From NCBI GenBank assembly GCA_934454035.1, contig CAKSFY010000001.1:69483-133482 (forward strand): DNA of 64,000 nt. Direction: 5' to 3'. Every line of letters begins with the position of its first letter. Position 1 is the first letter of the stretch. This DNA is from an uncultured Clostridia bacterium (GTDB taxonomy: Bacteria; Bacillota; Clostridia; UBA1381). Below, in pieces: positions 37,973 to 48,327 of this stretch. The translations under genes were made by a program, and so were the position numbers. The notes below the pieces were generated by a model. That model was not told where the DNA came from. It did no database searches and was given only the letters and a program-made list of their open reading frames with translations.

Positions 37973-39454
37973 ATGAAAAAATATAAATTCTTAGCATTTG
38001 ACTTCGGCGCTTCAAGCGGACGCGCCATGCTCGCGACCTTTGACGGCGAGAAAATCACTTTGGAGGAAAAACACAGATTCTCAAACGACCCGGTAACCGT
38101 AAACGGGGGAATGTATTGGGACGTTTTAAGACTGTTCCACGAAATTAAACAGGGAATTTTAAAATGTGCAAACTCCGGCGACCGCGATATTGACTGCATC
38201 GGCATAGACACCTGGGGTGTTGACTACGGTCTTTTGGATAAAAACGACATGCTCCTCGGCAATCCGCATCACTACCGCGACACCCGCACCGACGGAATGT
38301 ACGGCAAAGCATTTGAAATTGTGCCCAAAGAGGAAATTTTTGAAGAAACAGGCATTGCCTTTAACTGGTTCAATACAATTTATCAGCTTTTGAGCGAAAA
38401 GCTTTCCGGGACCACCACACTGAAAGAAGCAAAAACTCTTCTTTTTATGCCGGATTTGTTCAATTTCTTCCTGACAGGCGAAAAAAGGTGTGAATATACA
38501 GTTGCATCAACCTCGCAGATGTTTGACTCAAGAAGCTTTAAATGGTCGGATAAGCTTCTCGAAAAGATGGGGCTGCCCACCGATATTTATCCCGAGATGA
38601 TATATCCCGGCGAACAGGTCGGTGTTTTGAAAAAAGAACTTGCCGAAGAATTGGGAGTTGCTCAAATTCCGGTTATGGCGGTTGCGTCTCACGATACCGG
38701 CTCGGCAGTTGCGTCCGTCCCCGTTACGGATACAAAGGACTTTATCTACATATCAAGCGGAACCTGGAGTCTTATGGGTGTTGAGCTTGACGCTCCTGTT
38801 GTTTCGGACAAATCCTTAAAATATAACTTTACAAACGAGGGCGGAGTAAATAAAACCATCCGTTTCCTTAAAAATATTATGGGACTTTGGCTGATTCAGG
38901 AATCGCGCCGCCAGTGGGACAGAGAGGGCGAGCTTTTGAGCTTTGACGAGCTGGAAAGACAGGCAAGAGAGGCAACTCCTTTTGCAAGCCTCATAGACCC
39001 TGATTACGAAGCATTTCAAACTCCGGGAAACATGCCCGAAAAAATCAGAGACTACTGCCGCATGACAAATCAAAAAGTACCCGAAACAAAGGGCGAAATC
39101 GTAAGATGTATTGCCCAGAGTCTTGCATTTAAGTACAGACAGACGGTAGAAAATATGGAGGATGTGACCGGAAGAAAATATTCGGTTATCAATATTGTCG
39201 GCGGCGGCATAAAAGACAAGATGATATGTCAGTTCACCGCCAACGCAACAAAGCGCATAGTTGAAGCAGGGCCTGTCGAAGCAACAAGTATAGGCAATGT
39301 CATTATGCAAGCAATGGCTGTCGGTGCAATCAGTGATTTGCACGAAGGCAGACAAATTATCAAAAATTCTTTCGACATAGCAAGCTATGAGCCGCAGGAC
39401 TCCGGCGACTGGGATGCCGCTTACGAAAAATGGTGCGAGATAATTAAAAAGTAA
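37973..39454 (+). CDS. rhaB: FGGY-family carbohydrate kinase, rhamnulokinase-like
   Basis: The N-terminus FDFGASSGRAMLA...HRFSNDPV...WDV parallels E. coli RhaB (DLGASSGRVML...HRFNN...WDV). The start is at ATG 37973 with an AAAGGA SD. Substrate specificity is not certain. Confidence 0.75.
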   Translation: MKKYKFLAFDFGASSGRAMLATFDGEKITLEEKHRFSNDPVTVNGGMYWDVLRLFHEIKQGILKCANSGDRDIDCIGIDTWGVDYGLLDKNDMLLGNPHHYRDTRTDGMYGKAFEIVPKEEIFEETGIAFNWFNTIYQLLSEKLSGTTTLKEAKTLLFMPDLFNFFLTGEKRCEYTVASTSQMFDSRSFKWSDKLLEKMGLPTDIYPEMIYPGEQVGVLKKELAEELGVAQIPVMAVASHDTGSAVASVPVTDTKDFIYISSGTWSLMGVELDAPVVSDKSLKYNFTNEGGVNKTIRFLKNIMGLWLIQESRRQWDREGELLSFDELERQAREATPFASLIDPDYEAFQTPGNMPEKIRDYCRMTNQKVPETKGEIVRCIAQSLAFKYRQTVENMEDVTGRKYSVINIVGGGIKDKMICQFTANATKRIVEAGPVEATSIGNVIMQAMAVGAISDLHEGRQIIKNSFDIASYEPQDSGDWDAAYEKWCEIIKK

Positions 39455-39465
39455 ACATATATCCG

Positions 39466-39501
39466 AAAAGGCTTTCATATTATTATATGAAAGCTTTTTT
39501 T
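39466..39501 (+). terminator. Intrinsic terminator of the kinase gene
   Basis: A 10-bp stem, GCTTTCATAT / ATATGAAAGC, closes a 4-nt loop and is followed by T7. Confidence 0.8.
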
Positions 39502-39526
39502 ATTATAGATGAAAGGAATGAATAAC

Positions 39527-41068
39527 ATGGAACTGATAAAAGAAAGAGCGAGCATAGGCGAGGTGGTTTTTTCCGGGAGCTTTGAAACGGCTGCCGATGC
39601 GGATTTGATTGTGCCGGACATAAAGCCCGATATAGCAAAAATACTTCAGGTGGACGCTGCGGCGTACATATCTTCAAAGAATATATCCGACGGCAGACTG
39701 ACAGTAAGCGGCAAAATCTGCTTTACCGTCATTTATATGCCGGATTCCGAAACTCCGGTACCGCAGGTTATGCGCACATCGGTTGACTTTTCGCACAGGG
39801 CGGAAAATTCGAAAATCAGTGAAAACTGCAACGCAATCGTAAACGCGGACATCGGAAAGGTTGATTTTCATGTGATAAATTCAAGGAAGCTGAGCCTAAA
39901 AGCAATTGCCGTCATATACAGTGATATTATAAGCGAACGCACCGTAGAATTTGCCTCCTCCGCCGAGGAAAACGCCGAGGTCTGCACCGAGCAGATTGCA
40001 CTGAATACTCTTTTGGGCATGCATGACGAGGAATTTCTTATAAAGGACTCAATCGAAATACCCAGCGGTAAATCCTCAATCGGGGAGCTTTTAAAGGTTG
40101 ACTGCAAGCTATGCGACAAGGAAATCAAATCACTCACCGAAAAAATTGTATTAAAAGGGACATTAAATGTAAATATTCTTTATACTGACACAAACAACTG
40201 TATCGAATATACAGAAGCCGAACTGCCTTTTACCGAAGTATTTGATTTTCCAGATTTATACGAAGATGACATATGTGACATAAATCTGCGCATATGCGAC
40301 TTTGGCTTTGATACATCGCCCGACAGTGACGGCGACATGCGCATTATTAATTTGGAGCTTGTTGTTTGCGCCGAAATGAAATCCGAACGGAAAGGCTCAT
40401 TCACCGCAATAAAGGACTGCTTTATGCCCGGTTGCAAGACAAAGCTTTACTACAGTGAAACAGAGCTGACAAAAGCCGCCACGTGCGCTTCGGCACAAAG
40501 TACGCTCCGCGACAGTGCCGCCGTTCCGTCAAATGCTCCCGGCATAAAATCCGTATATAACGTGCCGGTTAAAGCGGTTATTACAAAAGCAGAGGTTTCA
40601 AGCGGAAAAATCTCCGTCTCGGGAAAAGCAGAGTGCTATATTCAATATATTACGGATGATGCCCAAACTCCGCTTTATTGTTTCAGAAAAGATATTCCCT
40701 TTGAATACCTGCTTGATTGCCCGGATGCTTTGCCGGGTGCCGAAGCCTCCGTTGACGCACAAATCTGCCACACAAGCTACCACTTAAATGTTGCCGGTGA
40801 GGTGGAAATAAGATGTATACTGACAATTTCGGCAAAAGCGCTTTCCGCTGAAAAAATGCAGTTTATCAGCGATGCCGAAAATGAAGAAATCCCAAAAGAC
40901 AAAAGAAAAGGAATTGTAATTTACTTTGTTCAGCCCGGCGATACACTTTGGAAAATCTCAAAGGAATATTGCGTTTCATCAGAGGATATTGCCGAATTTA
41001 ACGCTCTTTCCGACAGAAACAATCTGTCCGCAGGGCAAAGATTGATTATTCCGGCAAAAAAATGTTGA
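39527..41068 (+). CDS. DUF3794-repeat protein with C-terminal LysM domain (SipL/SpoVID-like spore coat morphogenetic protein)
   Basis: The C-terminal LysM is YFVQPGDTLWKISKEYCVSSEDIAEFNALSDRNNLSAGQRLIIP. Length and architecture resemble clostridial SipL as I recall it. I prefer the start at ATG 39527 on SD spacing. Confidence 0.6.
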   Translation: MELIKERASIGEVVFSGSFETAADADLIVPDIKPDIAKILQVDAAAYISSKNISDGRLTVSGKICFTVIYMPDSETPVPQVMRTSVDFSHRAENSKISENCNAIVNADIGKVDFHVINSRKLSLKAIAVIYSDIISERTVEFASSAEENAEVCTEQIALNTLLGMHDEEFLIKDSIEIPSGKSSIGELLKVDCKLCDKEIKSLTEKIVLKGTLNVNILYTDTNNCIEYTEAELPFTEVFDFPDLYEDDICDINLRICDFGFDTSPDSDGDMRIINLELVVCAEMKSERKGSFTAIKDCFMPGCKTKLYYSETELTKAATCASAQSTLRDSAAVPSNAPGIKSVYNVPVKAVITKAEVSSGKISVSGKAECYIQYITDDAQTPLYCFRKDIPFEYLLDCPDALPGAEASVDAQICHTSYHLNVAGEVEIRCILTISAKALSAEKMQFISDAENEEIPKDKRKGIVIYFVQPGDTLWKISKEYCVSSEDIAEFNALSDRNNLSAGQRLIIPAKKC

Positions 41069-41110
41069 AAACAGTATAAAAATATGTTATACTGAAAATA
41101 TAGCAAAGAC

Positions 41111-41150
41111 GCTGCAGCGAAATGATATCCGTTTTGCTGCAGCATTATTT
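41111..41150 (+). terminator. Hairpin between the SipL-like gene and gatC (terminator or 5'-UTR hairpin)
   Basis: A 12-bp stem, GCTGCAGCGAAA / TTTTGCTGCAGC, closes a 9-nt loop and is followed by ATTATTTAT. A TTGAAA-17-TATACT promoter-like element (41065-41093) lies upstream of it, so its role is ambiguous. Confidence 0.4.
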
Positions 41151-41168
41151 ATATGGGAGTGGCATTTT

Positions 41169-41408
41169 ATGAAAGATATATCTCACTTGGCAAAGCTGTC
41201 CGGATTTTTGCCGTCCGACTCGTTTCTCAGCGACATGGAGGATATAATAAACCTGATGGATAAAATAACCGAAACGAATTTTCCGCCGCAAAAAGCAGCA
41301 CCCGAAAGCTTAGCCGATATGCGTGAGGACAAGCCGTCGTCGGTATGCAAAGATTTTGAAATCAGAAAAAGCTCAAAAGCAGGACTTGAAATACCTAAAA
41401 TTATGTAA
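41169..41408 (+). CDS. gatC: Asp/Glu-tRNA amidotransferase subunit C (short form)
   Basis: It sits directly upstream of gatA-gatB. The HLAKLSGF N-terminal motif and acidic C-terminal half are present. At 79 aa it is shorter than typical GatC. Confidence 0.75.
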   Translation: MKDISHLAKLSGFLPSDSFLSDMEDIINLMDKITETNFPPQKAAPESLADMREDKPSSVCKDFEIRKSSKAGLEIPKIM

Positions 41409-41418
41409 GGATAAAAAT

Positions 41419-42816
41419 ATGATAAAAGAACTTAAACGAAAGATAGAAAACAAAAAAATAAGTGTCCCCGAATTATATTCGGAATATCTCGGCAGAATAA
41501 AAAAAGCGGATAAAGAAATAAACAGTTTTATAACAGTATGCGGCAGCATTCCCGAAATAAATGAAGAAGATATTTCACTGCCGCTTTTCGGCATACCTAT
41601 ATCCGTCAAGGACAATATCTGTACAAGGGACATAAAAACCACATGTGCTTCCAAAATGCTTTCGGATTTTGTCCCCTGTTATGACGCAGCAGCTGTCCGC
41701 CGTCTAAAAAAGAGCGGAGCTCTTATAATCGGCAAAACCAACATGGACGAATTTGCAATGGGTTCCGGAGGAGACAGCTCTTATTTCGGCGCGGTACACA
41801 ATCCGTATAATATTAAGTATTCTGCCGGCGGCTCCTCAGCCGGTGCCGCTGCCTCTGTTGCTGCCGGCTTCTGCGCTGCGGCACTCGGCAGTGATACGGG
41901 CGGCTCGGTTCGGCTGCCTGCTGCTTTTTGCGGAGTGACCGGTTTGAATCCGACCTACGGACGCATACCGCGATACGGACTTATTGCATTCGCGTCAAGT
42001 CTCGACAGGATAGGAATCATAGCAAATTCCTCTGAAGATGCAGGATATATTTTAAATATTATTGCAGGCAAAGACGAAAGCGATATGACCTCGTCCGATT
42101 GCCCTTGCGAGGACTGTTCGGATATACATAAAAGCAATTTAAAAATCGGAATATCCGAGGAATTTTTCACGGAAGCAGACAGCGAAACGGTAAAAGCATG
42201 CATGGCTGCGGTTGATTTTTACAAATCAATCGGCGCTCAGATTGTTTCTGTGTCCCTGCCGTCACTCGAGTATGCGGTAGCTGCATATTATCTTATTTCT
42301 TCCGCGGAAGCTGCAAGCAATCTTTCAAGATTCGACGGAATCAAATACGGTTATAGCACCGAAACGGCAGATGATTATAAAACACTGATATCCGAAACAA
42401 GAGACCGCGGCTTCGGCAATGAAGTAAAAAGACGAATTATGCTCGGCAACTATGCATTGTCGGCAGACAGACGCGATATGTATTATCAAAAGGCAGTCAA
42501 TACAAAATATCAGATCATCCGCGAATACGGAAAAATGTTTGAAAAATGCGATATTTTTCTGTCCCCTACAGCACCGCACCCGGCAGATTTATCAGCAAAA
42601 AAAGCTGCGCGCGCTTCTGTTTATGCGGAGGATATTTTTACCGTGCCGTCAAGTCTTGCCGGACTTCCCTCAATCAGCACCGTATGCGGATATTCACAAA
42701 ACGGATTGCCGATAGGAATGAGTCTTACCGGGAAAGCCTTTTGTGAGGGGACAATAATCAAAGCAGCCGATTTATTTGAAAAAAGCTTTAAAAGACGGGA
42801 GGCGATTATATGGTAA
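41419..42816 (+). CDS. gatA: Glutamyl/aspartyl-tRNA amidotransferase subunit A
   Basis: It carries the amidase signature GGSSAGAAASVAAG...GSDTGGSVRLPA. The start is at ATG 41419; the track start at 41323 overlaps gatC. Confidence 0.93.
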   Translation: MIKELKRKIENKKISVPELYSEYLGRIKKADKEINSFITVCGSIPEINEEDISLPLFGIPISVKDNICTRDIKTTCASKMLSDFVPCYDAAAVRRLKKSGALIIGKTNMDEFAMGSGGDSSYFGAVHNPYNIKYSAGGSSAGAAASVAAGFCAAALGSDTGGSVRLPAAFCGVTGLNPTYGRIPRYGLIAFASSLDRIGIIANSSEDAGYILNIIAGKDESDMTSSDCPCEDCSDIHKSNLKIGISEEFFTEADSETVKACMAAVDFYKSIGAQIVSVSLPSLEYAVAAYYLISSAEAASNLSRFDGIKYGYSTETADDYKTLISETRDRGFGNEVKRRIMLGNYALSADRRDMYYQKAVNTKYQIIREYGKMFEKCDIFLSPTAPHPADLSAKKAARASVYAEDIFTVPSSLAGLPSISTVCGYSQNGLPIGMSLTGKAFCEGTIIKAADLFEKSFKRREAIIW

Positions 42817-44189
42817 CGGTAATAGGACTTGAAATTCACGCGGAATTGCTTACAAAAACAAAGATTTTCTGCAGTTGTGAAAATTCTTTCGGCGGCAAGC
42901 CCAATGAAAGAGTATGTCCGATTTGCGCGGGTTTTCCCGGGACAATGCCGTCCTTTAACAAGGAAGCCGCAATCCTGGCAGTTAAGGCAGGAAAGGCTCT
43001 GGGCTGCAAAATTAACAACTACTCGGCATTCGACAGAAAAAATTATTTCTATCCGGATTTGCCTAAGGCATATCAAATAACACAGTATGAATATCCGATA
43101 TGCACCGAAGGCTCAGTATCTGTCGGCAAAAAAAGCTTTGGAATCACAAGAATACATATGGAGGAGGACGCCGGCAAGCTTATTCATACAGAATCCGGCT
43201 CGCAGGCGGATTTTAACCGCTGCGGCGTTCCGCTTATAGAAATAGTGACCGAACCCGATTTTGAAAACGGAGACGAGGTATGCTCTTTCGTTGAAGAAAT
43301 CGCCCTCAGATTAAAATACTGCGGAGTATGTGACGCACGTCTTGAGCAAGGTTCTCTGCGTGTTGACGTAAACATTTCGGTAAAAGAGGAAAATTGCCAA
43401 ACACTCGGAACACGGACGGAAATTAAGAATTTAAACTCATACAAAGCCATAAAAAAAGCAATTGCATATGAAGCCGCAAGGCAAGAAAAAATTCTTCATT
43501 CGGGCGGCAGCATAATGCGCGAAACACTGCGTTTTGACGGCGAAAAAACCTATTCAATGCGTTCCAAGGAATCCGCAGAGGACTACCGTTATTTTCCCGA
43601 ACCGGATATACCGCCGATATTCATATCGGATGAAGAAATAGAAGAAATCACAATTCCCCGTCTTCCCGGCGAACGGATTAATGAATATACAAAAAATCAC
43701 GGACTGTCCGATTCCGATGCAAAATTAATTGTGCAGGACAGAGAATTTTCCGATATCTACGAAAAATCCGCCGAAATTTATCCGGACTATTCCGAAACCA
43801 CCAAGCTTATGCTTGGGGCATACAGCCGCGAGCTTAATAAAAATCGCGAAAACAAAATTACGGCACAGATAATTGCCGAGACCGTCAGGCTGATAAGCGA
43901 GGGAAAAATCAGCAAAAATTCTGCAAACGAAATTCTTTCAGAAAGCGCCGTAACCGGAGGCAATCCGCAGGAAATTGCAGAAAAACACGGCATGCTGATG
44001 CAAGACAACACGCAAATGATAACCGAAGCGGCAAATAAAATCATTGCCGAAAACCCGAAAGCGGTCAGCGATTACAAAAGCGGAAATAAAAAAAGCTTCG
44101 GATTTCTTATGGGCAAACTTATGACTTTGGCAGGAAAGAGCGCAAACCCGAAAACCGCAAAAGATATATTGAGCGAGCTGCTGAATTAA
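42810..44189 (+). CDS. gatB: Glutamyl/aspartyl-tRNA amidotransferase subunit B
   Basis: It has IGLEIHAEL, CPICAGFPG and a C-terminal YqeY-like domain. It overlaps gatA by 7 nt. Confidence 0.93.
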   Translation: MVTVIGLEIHAELLTKTKIFCSCENSFGGKPNERVCPICAGFPGTMPSFNKEAAILAVKAGKALGCKINNYSAFDRKNYFYPDLPKAYQITQYEYPICTEGSVSVGKKSFGITRIHMEEDAGKLIHTESGSQADFNRCGVPLIEIVTEPDFENGDEVCSFVEEIALRLKYCGVCDARLEQGSLRVDVNISVKEENCQTLGTRTEIKNLNSYKAIKKAIAYEAARQEKILHSGGSIMRETLRFDGEKTYSMRSKESAEDYRYFPEPDIPPIFISDEEIEEITIPRLPGERINEYTKNHGLSDSDAKLIVQDREFSDIYEKSAEIYPDYSETTKLMLGAYSRELNKNRENKITAQIIAETVRLISEGKISKNSANEILSESAVTGGNPQEIAEKHGMLMQDNTQMITEAANKIIAENPKAVSDYKSGNKKSFGFLMGKLMTLAGKSANPKTAKDILSELLN

Positions 44190-44226
44190 TCAGCGCAAAT
44201 GTTATAAAAACGTAATGATATTGATA

Positions 44227-44255
44227 TTGATTTTTTACAACAGATTATATATAAT
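44227..44255 (+). promoter_or_regulatory. Sigma-A type promoter for nrdR-mnmE
   Basis: It reads TTGATT (44227-44232), a 17-nt spacer, then TATAAT (44250-44255). Confidence 0.45.
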
Positions 44256-44297
44256 ATAGAGTAGATACTTATACACATTTTGAAAGGACTGATATTT

Positions 44298-44759
44298 ATG
44301 AAGTGTCCGTACTGCGGTTCGGAGGACGGAAAGGTAATCGATTCAAGACCTGCCGAAGATAATACGGCTATTCGCAGAAGGCGTGAATGTTTAAACTGCT
44401 TAAGGCGTTTTACCACATACGAAACTCTTGAAACAATTTCACTCGCCGTTATTAAAAGCGACAATTCCCGTCAGCCTTACGACCGCTCAAAAATTTTAAG
44501 AGGTATAATAAGAGCTTGCGAAAAGCGTCCGGTTTCTTTGCCGGAAATGGAAAAAATCGCAGACAACGTGGAAAGCGAGCTTTATCAATCTATGGAAAAG
44601 GAAGTATCAAGCACTGAAATAGGCGAACGCGTTATGAAGCATTTAAAAGAAGTGGACGAAGTGGCATATGTACGCTTTGCTTCGGTTCACAAGCACTTTT
44701 CGGATATACAAACCTTTATGGAGGAGCTGAAAAAGCTAATTGCCGAAAACGGCAATTAA
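44298..44759 (+). CDS. nrdR: Transcriptional repressor NrdR
   Basis: MKCPYCGSEDGKVIDSRP...CLNC forms a zinc ribbon, followed by an ATP-cone domain. The start is at ATG 44298. Confidence 0.93.
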   Translation: MKCPYCGSEDGKVIDSRPAEDNTAIRRRRECLNCLRRFTTYETLETISLAVIKSDNSRQPYDRSKILRGIIRACEKRPVSLPEMEKIADNVESELYQSMEKEVSSTEIGERVMKHLKEVDEVAYVRFASVHKHFSDIQTFMEELKKLIAENGN

Positions 44760-44781
44760 TCGGCAGAGAGGAGCAATTCAT

Positions 44782-46146
44782 ATGAACATCGGAACAATTG
44801 CGGCAATTTCCACCCCACAGGGCATAGGCGGCATAGCGGTTATCAGAATCAGCGGCGATGAGGCAATCTCTTTGACGGATAAAATCTTTAAAGGGAAAAC
44901 CAAACTCTCCGACGCTGAAACACACACAATTCATTACGGATTTATTGTGGACGAGCATGGCGGCAAAATAGACGAGGTTCTTGTTTCCGTAATGCGCGCA
45001 CCTCACACATTTACCCGTGAAGACGTCGTTGAAATCAACACTCACGGCGGCACAAGAGCATCGCAGGCAGTAATGCGCGAGCTTATTCGGGCAGGCGTAC
45101 GCCCTGCAGAGGGCGGAGAATTCACAAAGCGTGCATTTTTGAACGGGCGCATTGACCTATCACAGGCTGAAGCCGTAATAGATATTATTAATGCAAAAAC
45201 CGAGCTTGCCGGTAAAAACGCCCTTTCACAGGCTGAGGGTACCCTCTTTCGCGGAATAGAATCAATCAGGCAGGAACTTGTTAAGCTTGCTGCCTCCATC
45301 CAGGTATGTATAGACTATCCCGACGAGGATTTGGAGGACATAACAGATGATGATATTTTGCAAAAGGTACTCTTGGCAAAGGAAAGCGTCTCTTCTCTTT
45401 TGGCAACCTCACAAAGCGGACGTGTAATTAAGGACGGACTGCTGACTGCTATTGTCGGACGTCCGAATGTCGGCAAATCATCACTTTTAAACTGTCTTGC
45501 TCATGAAGAACGCGCAATTGTGACCGAAATTGCAGGAACAACGCGCGACATAATAGAAGAAACAGTTACCTTGGACGGAGTTATGCTGAAGCTTTTGGAT
45601 ACTGCCGGAATAAGAAAAACCGACGATGTTGTTGAAAAACTCGGCGTTGAAAAATCACTGCGTTCCATAGAAGAAGCCGACCTTGTACTTATCATTCTGG
45701 ACGGAAGCACACCGCTTACCGATACTGACCGCCGCATTTTGGAGGACACAGAGGACAGAAACAGAGTAATACTTATAAACAAATCTGATATCAGAGGATA
45801 TAATTTTGAAAGTGAGCTGCCCATAGGCGAATCGGTTATAAAAATATCGGCAAAAACCGGAATGGGCATAGACGAGCTTTCAACGCTCATAAAAAAACGG
45901 TATAATCTCGGAGAAATAGGTCAGAACGACGCATGCGTCATCACAAATCTGCGCCATGTTTCCGCCTTGGTAAAAGCAAAAGAAGCCCTTGAGAGAATGG
46001 AACACACGCTCCTGTCGGGTGAGCCGTGCGATCTGGCAACAATTGACCTGAATATTGCAATAGACGCTTTGGGAGAAATAACCGGCGAAACGGTTTCCGA
46101 AGCAATAGTAGACTCAATTTTTCACAACTTCTGCGTCGGAAAATAA
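44782..46146 (+). CDS. mnmE: tRNA modification GTPase MnmE
   Basis: It has TIAAISTPQGIGGIAVIRISG, the G1 motif GRPNVGKSSLLN and the C-terminal FCVGK tetrapeptide. The start is at ATG 44782. Confidence 0.93.
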   Translation: MNIGTIAAISTPQGIGGIAVIRISGDEAISLTDKIFKGKTKLSDAETHTIHYGFIVDEHGGKIDEVLVSVMRAPHTFTREDVVEINTHGGTRASQAVMRELIRAGVRPAEGGEFTKRAFLNGRIDLSQAEAVIDIINAKTELAGKNALSQAEGTLFRGIESIRQELVKLAASIQVCIDYPDEDLEDITDDDILQKVLLAKESVSSLLATSQSGRVIKDGLLTAIVGRPNVGKSSLLNCLAHEERAIVTEIAGTTRDIIEETVTLDGVMLKLLDTAGIRKTDDVVEKLGVEKSLRSIEEADLVLIILDGSTPLTDTDRRILEDTEDRNRVILINKSDIRGYNFESELPIGESVIKISAKTGMGIDELSTLIKKRYNLGEIGQNDACVITNLRHVSALVKAKEALERMEHTLLSGEPCDLATIDLNIAIDALGEITGETVSEAIVDSIFHNFCVGK

Positions 46147-46247
46147 AAAACTCCCGTAAGAGAATCACCATGCGTGGCGCAGGAATAAGCTATCATTTTC
46201 GATTGTCCGCCATTGCGGCATATACAATTTCCTGCAAATAAAAAAAC

Positions 46248-46286
46248 GGTACAAAAAACAAGGCAGTTTGCCTTGCTTTTTGTACC
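46248..46286. terminator. Bidirectional terminator between mnmE and the V-ATPase operon
   Basis: An 18-nt stem, GGTACAAAAAACAAGGCA / TGCCTTGCTTTTTGTACC, has one bulge and a 3-nt loop. A/T runs lie within the arms. Confidence 0.7.
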
Positions 46287-46300
46287 TGCAGGATAACCGA

Positions 46301-46912
46301 TTAATTATCCTTTTTTATGATTTTAAGTCTTGTATGCTCTTCACGCTCTTTTTCTTCAAGAGAATTGGAAATATCTTTTGAAAGTTTCTCGTAAAGAGGA
46401 ATCGTGATATTTTTAAGAGCATTTGCACGTTTTTGCGTTTTTCTGATATTTACCGCCAGCCTATAGACGGAGTTTTCAATTTCCGCAAGCTGCAGAGTCA
46501 GTTTTTTTACATCGGAAAATTTAATATATGCCGCATCCAGTGCTGAATTTGTTGAATAAAGACCGTAAGGAAGCGAAAATACCGCTTCATCCGCCGATAC
46601 TGTCGGCAGCTCCACGCCCATAACGCTGCGCAGCTTTATTTTTACACTGTCATCAATCGGTACGGCGTGCATTGCTTCGCGGACATTTTCCACACCCATA
46701 ACCAAATTTGCCGTCCCGAGTGCCGCATATGCTTCACCGAATGTGCTTTCTATTTTTTGCTGAACGGATTTTGCCTCATCAATCAGCTGCATCATTTCGC
46801 GGATAAGAATATTTCTTTTTTTATCAAGCATTTCATACCCTTGTTCGGACAGCTTGAGTGTATTTTTCACCGACATAAGGTTGCCCTTTGTCGGGGCAAG
46901 TGTCTTTGCCAT
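46301..46912 (-). CDS. atpD: V-type ATP synthase subunit D
   Basis: The N-terminus is LAPTKGNLMSVKNTLKLSEQGYELLDKKRNILI and the product is a coiled-coil rotor subunit. It is the last gene of the V-ATPase cluster. Confidence 0.9.
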   Translation of the reverse strand: MAKTLAPTKGNLMSVKNTLKLSEQGYEMLDKKRNILIREMMQLIDEAKSVQQKIESTFGEAYAALGTANLVMGVENVREAMHAVPIDDSVKIKLRSVMGVELPTVSADEAVFSLPYGLYSTNSALDAAYIKFSDVKKLTLQLAEIENSVYRLAVNIRKTQKRANALKNITIPLYEKLSKDISNSLEEKEREEHTRLKIIKKDN

Positions 46913-46929
46913 ATGAACATCCCTCCGCT

Positions 46930-48312
46930 TTAATTTCCTTTATAGTATTTTTCGAGTATGTCATCGCTTACTCTGTCAAGTTCTGATTTCGGCAGCATTG
47001 AAAGAAGCTCCCAGCCCAGATTCAAAGTAGTTTCGATTGTCCTGTTGTCGCTTCTGCTCTGATTTAAGAACTTTTCCTCAAAGGCGCGGCCGAATTCAAG
47101 ATATTTTTTATCCGTATCGGAAAGTTCATCCTCACCTATAACCGACGCAAGAGAACGCGCATCCTCAACCTTTGAATACGCTGCAAACAACTGATTCGAC
47201 AGTGCCGGGTGATCCTCTCTTGTAAAGCCCTCGCCGATACCGTCTTTCATAAGTCTTGAAAGCGACGGCAAAATCGCAACCGGCGGATAAATTCCCTGGA
47301 GCGAAAGACTTCTGTCCAAAACTATCTGTCCCTCCGTAATATAGCCCGTAAGGTCGGGAACAGGGTGAGTTATATCATCATTGGGCATAGTCAGAATAGG
47401 CACCTGCGTTACGGAACCCTTTGCATCCTTAACAATTCCTGCGCGTTCATAAAGCGACGCCAGGTCCGAGTAAAGATAACCCGGGAACCCTTTTCTTGAC
47501 GGGATTTCTCCTTTTGATGAAGAAATCTCACGCAGAGCCTCCGCATATGAGGTCATATCCGTAAGTATTACCAAAACATGCATATTATGAGTAAATGCAA
47601 GATATTCCGCAGCAGTGAGCGCACATCTGGGTGTGATAATTCTTTCAACAACCGGGTCGTTTGAAAGATTCAAAAACATTACAACTTTCTGCAGTACTCC
47701 GCTTTCCTCAAATGAACGCTTAAAAAAGTCAGCCACATCGTGCTTTACACCCATAGCCGCAAATACAATCGCAAAATTATCGTCGTCACTGCCGGAGTCG
47801 GTGATTTTTGACTGTGCGGCAAGCTGAACCGCCAATGCGTCGTGCGGCATACCGTCGCCCGAGAAAATAGGCAGCTTCTGACCTCTTATCAATGTTGAAA
47901 GTGCGTCTATAGACGATATACCCGTTTGAATAAAGTTGTTAGGATATTCTCTCGCAACAGGATTTATAGGCTTTCCGTTTACATCACGCATCTCATCGGC
48001 ACAGTAGTCTCCGAGTCCGTCGATAGGTCTCCCGATACCGTCCATAATTCTGCCGAGCATTTCCTTTGAAAGTGCAAGCTCCATAGGCTTACCGGTCATT
48101 TTCGTCTTTGTATTGGTAAGTGAAAGTCCGTTTGTTCCCTCAAAAACCTGGATAATCGCTTTATCCTGCGAAATACCGATTATTCTTCCCATTTTATGAG
48201 TCTCGTCATCAACCGTCATTGTAACGACTTCGTCATAGGAGGCACCCTTTACTCCCTCGATAACGGCAAGAGGTCCTTCGATATTTTTAAGTCCCAAATA
48301 TTCAATTGCCAT
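46930..48312 (-). CDS. atpB: V-type ATP synthase subunit B
   Basis: The product is 460 aa. It is a non-catalytic nucleotide-binding subunit with IFAAMGV and [16 protein letters not shown] motifs. Confidence 0.93.
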   Translation of the reverse strand: MAIEYLGLKNIEGPLAVIEGVKGASYDEVVTMTVDDETHKMGRIIGISQDKAIIQVFEGTNGLSLTNTKTKMTGKPMELALSKEMLGRIMDGIGRPIDGLGDYCADEMRDVNGKPINPVAREYPNNFIQTGISSIDALSTLIRGQKLPIFSGDGMPHDALAVQLAAQSKITDSGSDDDNFAIVFAAMGVKHDVADFFKRSFEESGVLQKVVMFLNLSNDPVVERIITPRCALTAAEYLAFTHNMHVLVILTDMTSYAEALREISSSKGEIPSRKGFPGYLYSDLASLYERAGIVKDAKGSVTQVPILTMPNDDITHPVPDLTGYITEGQIVLDRSLSLQGIYPPVAILPSLSRLMKDGIGEGFTREDHPALSNQLFAAYSKVEDARSLASVIGEDELSDTDKKYLEFGRAFEEKFLNQSRSDNRTIETTLNLGWELLSMLPKSELDRVSDDILEKYYKGN

Positions 48313-48327
48313 AACGCCAGCCTCCTT

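Noticed and set aside
44190-44297. NrdR box (autoregulation) and the GATATTGATATTGAT direct repeat upstream of nrdR
   Set aside because: The best candidate, ATATAATATAGAGTAG, matches only about 11 of 16 positions of the NrdR-box palindrome as I recall it and is not itself palindromic. The short direct repeat overlaps the putative -35 and is low-complexity AT sequence.
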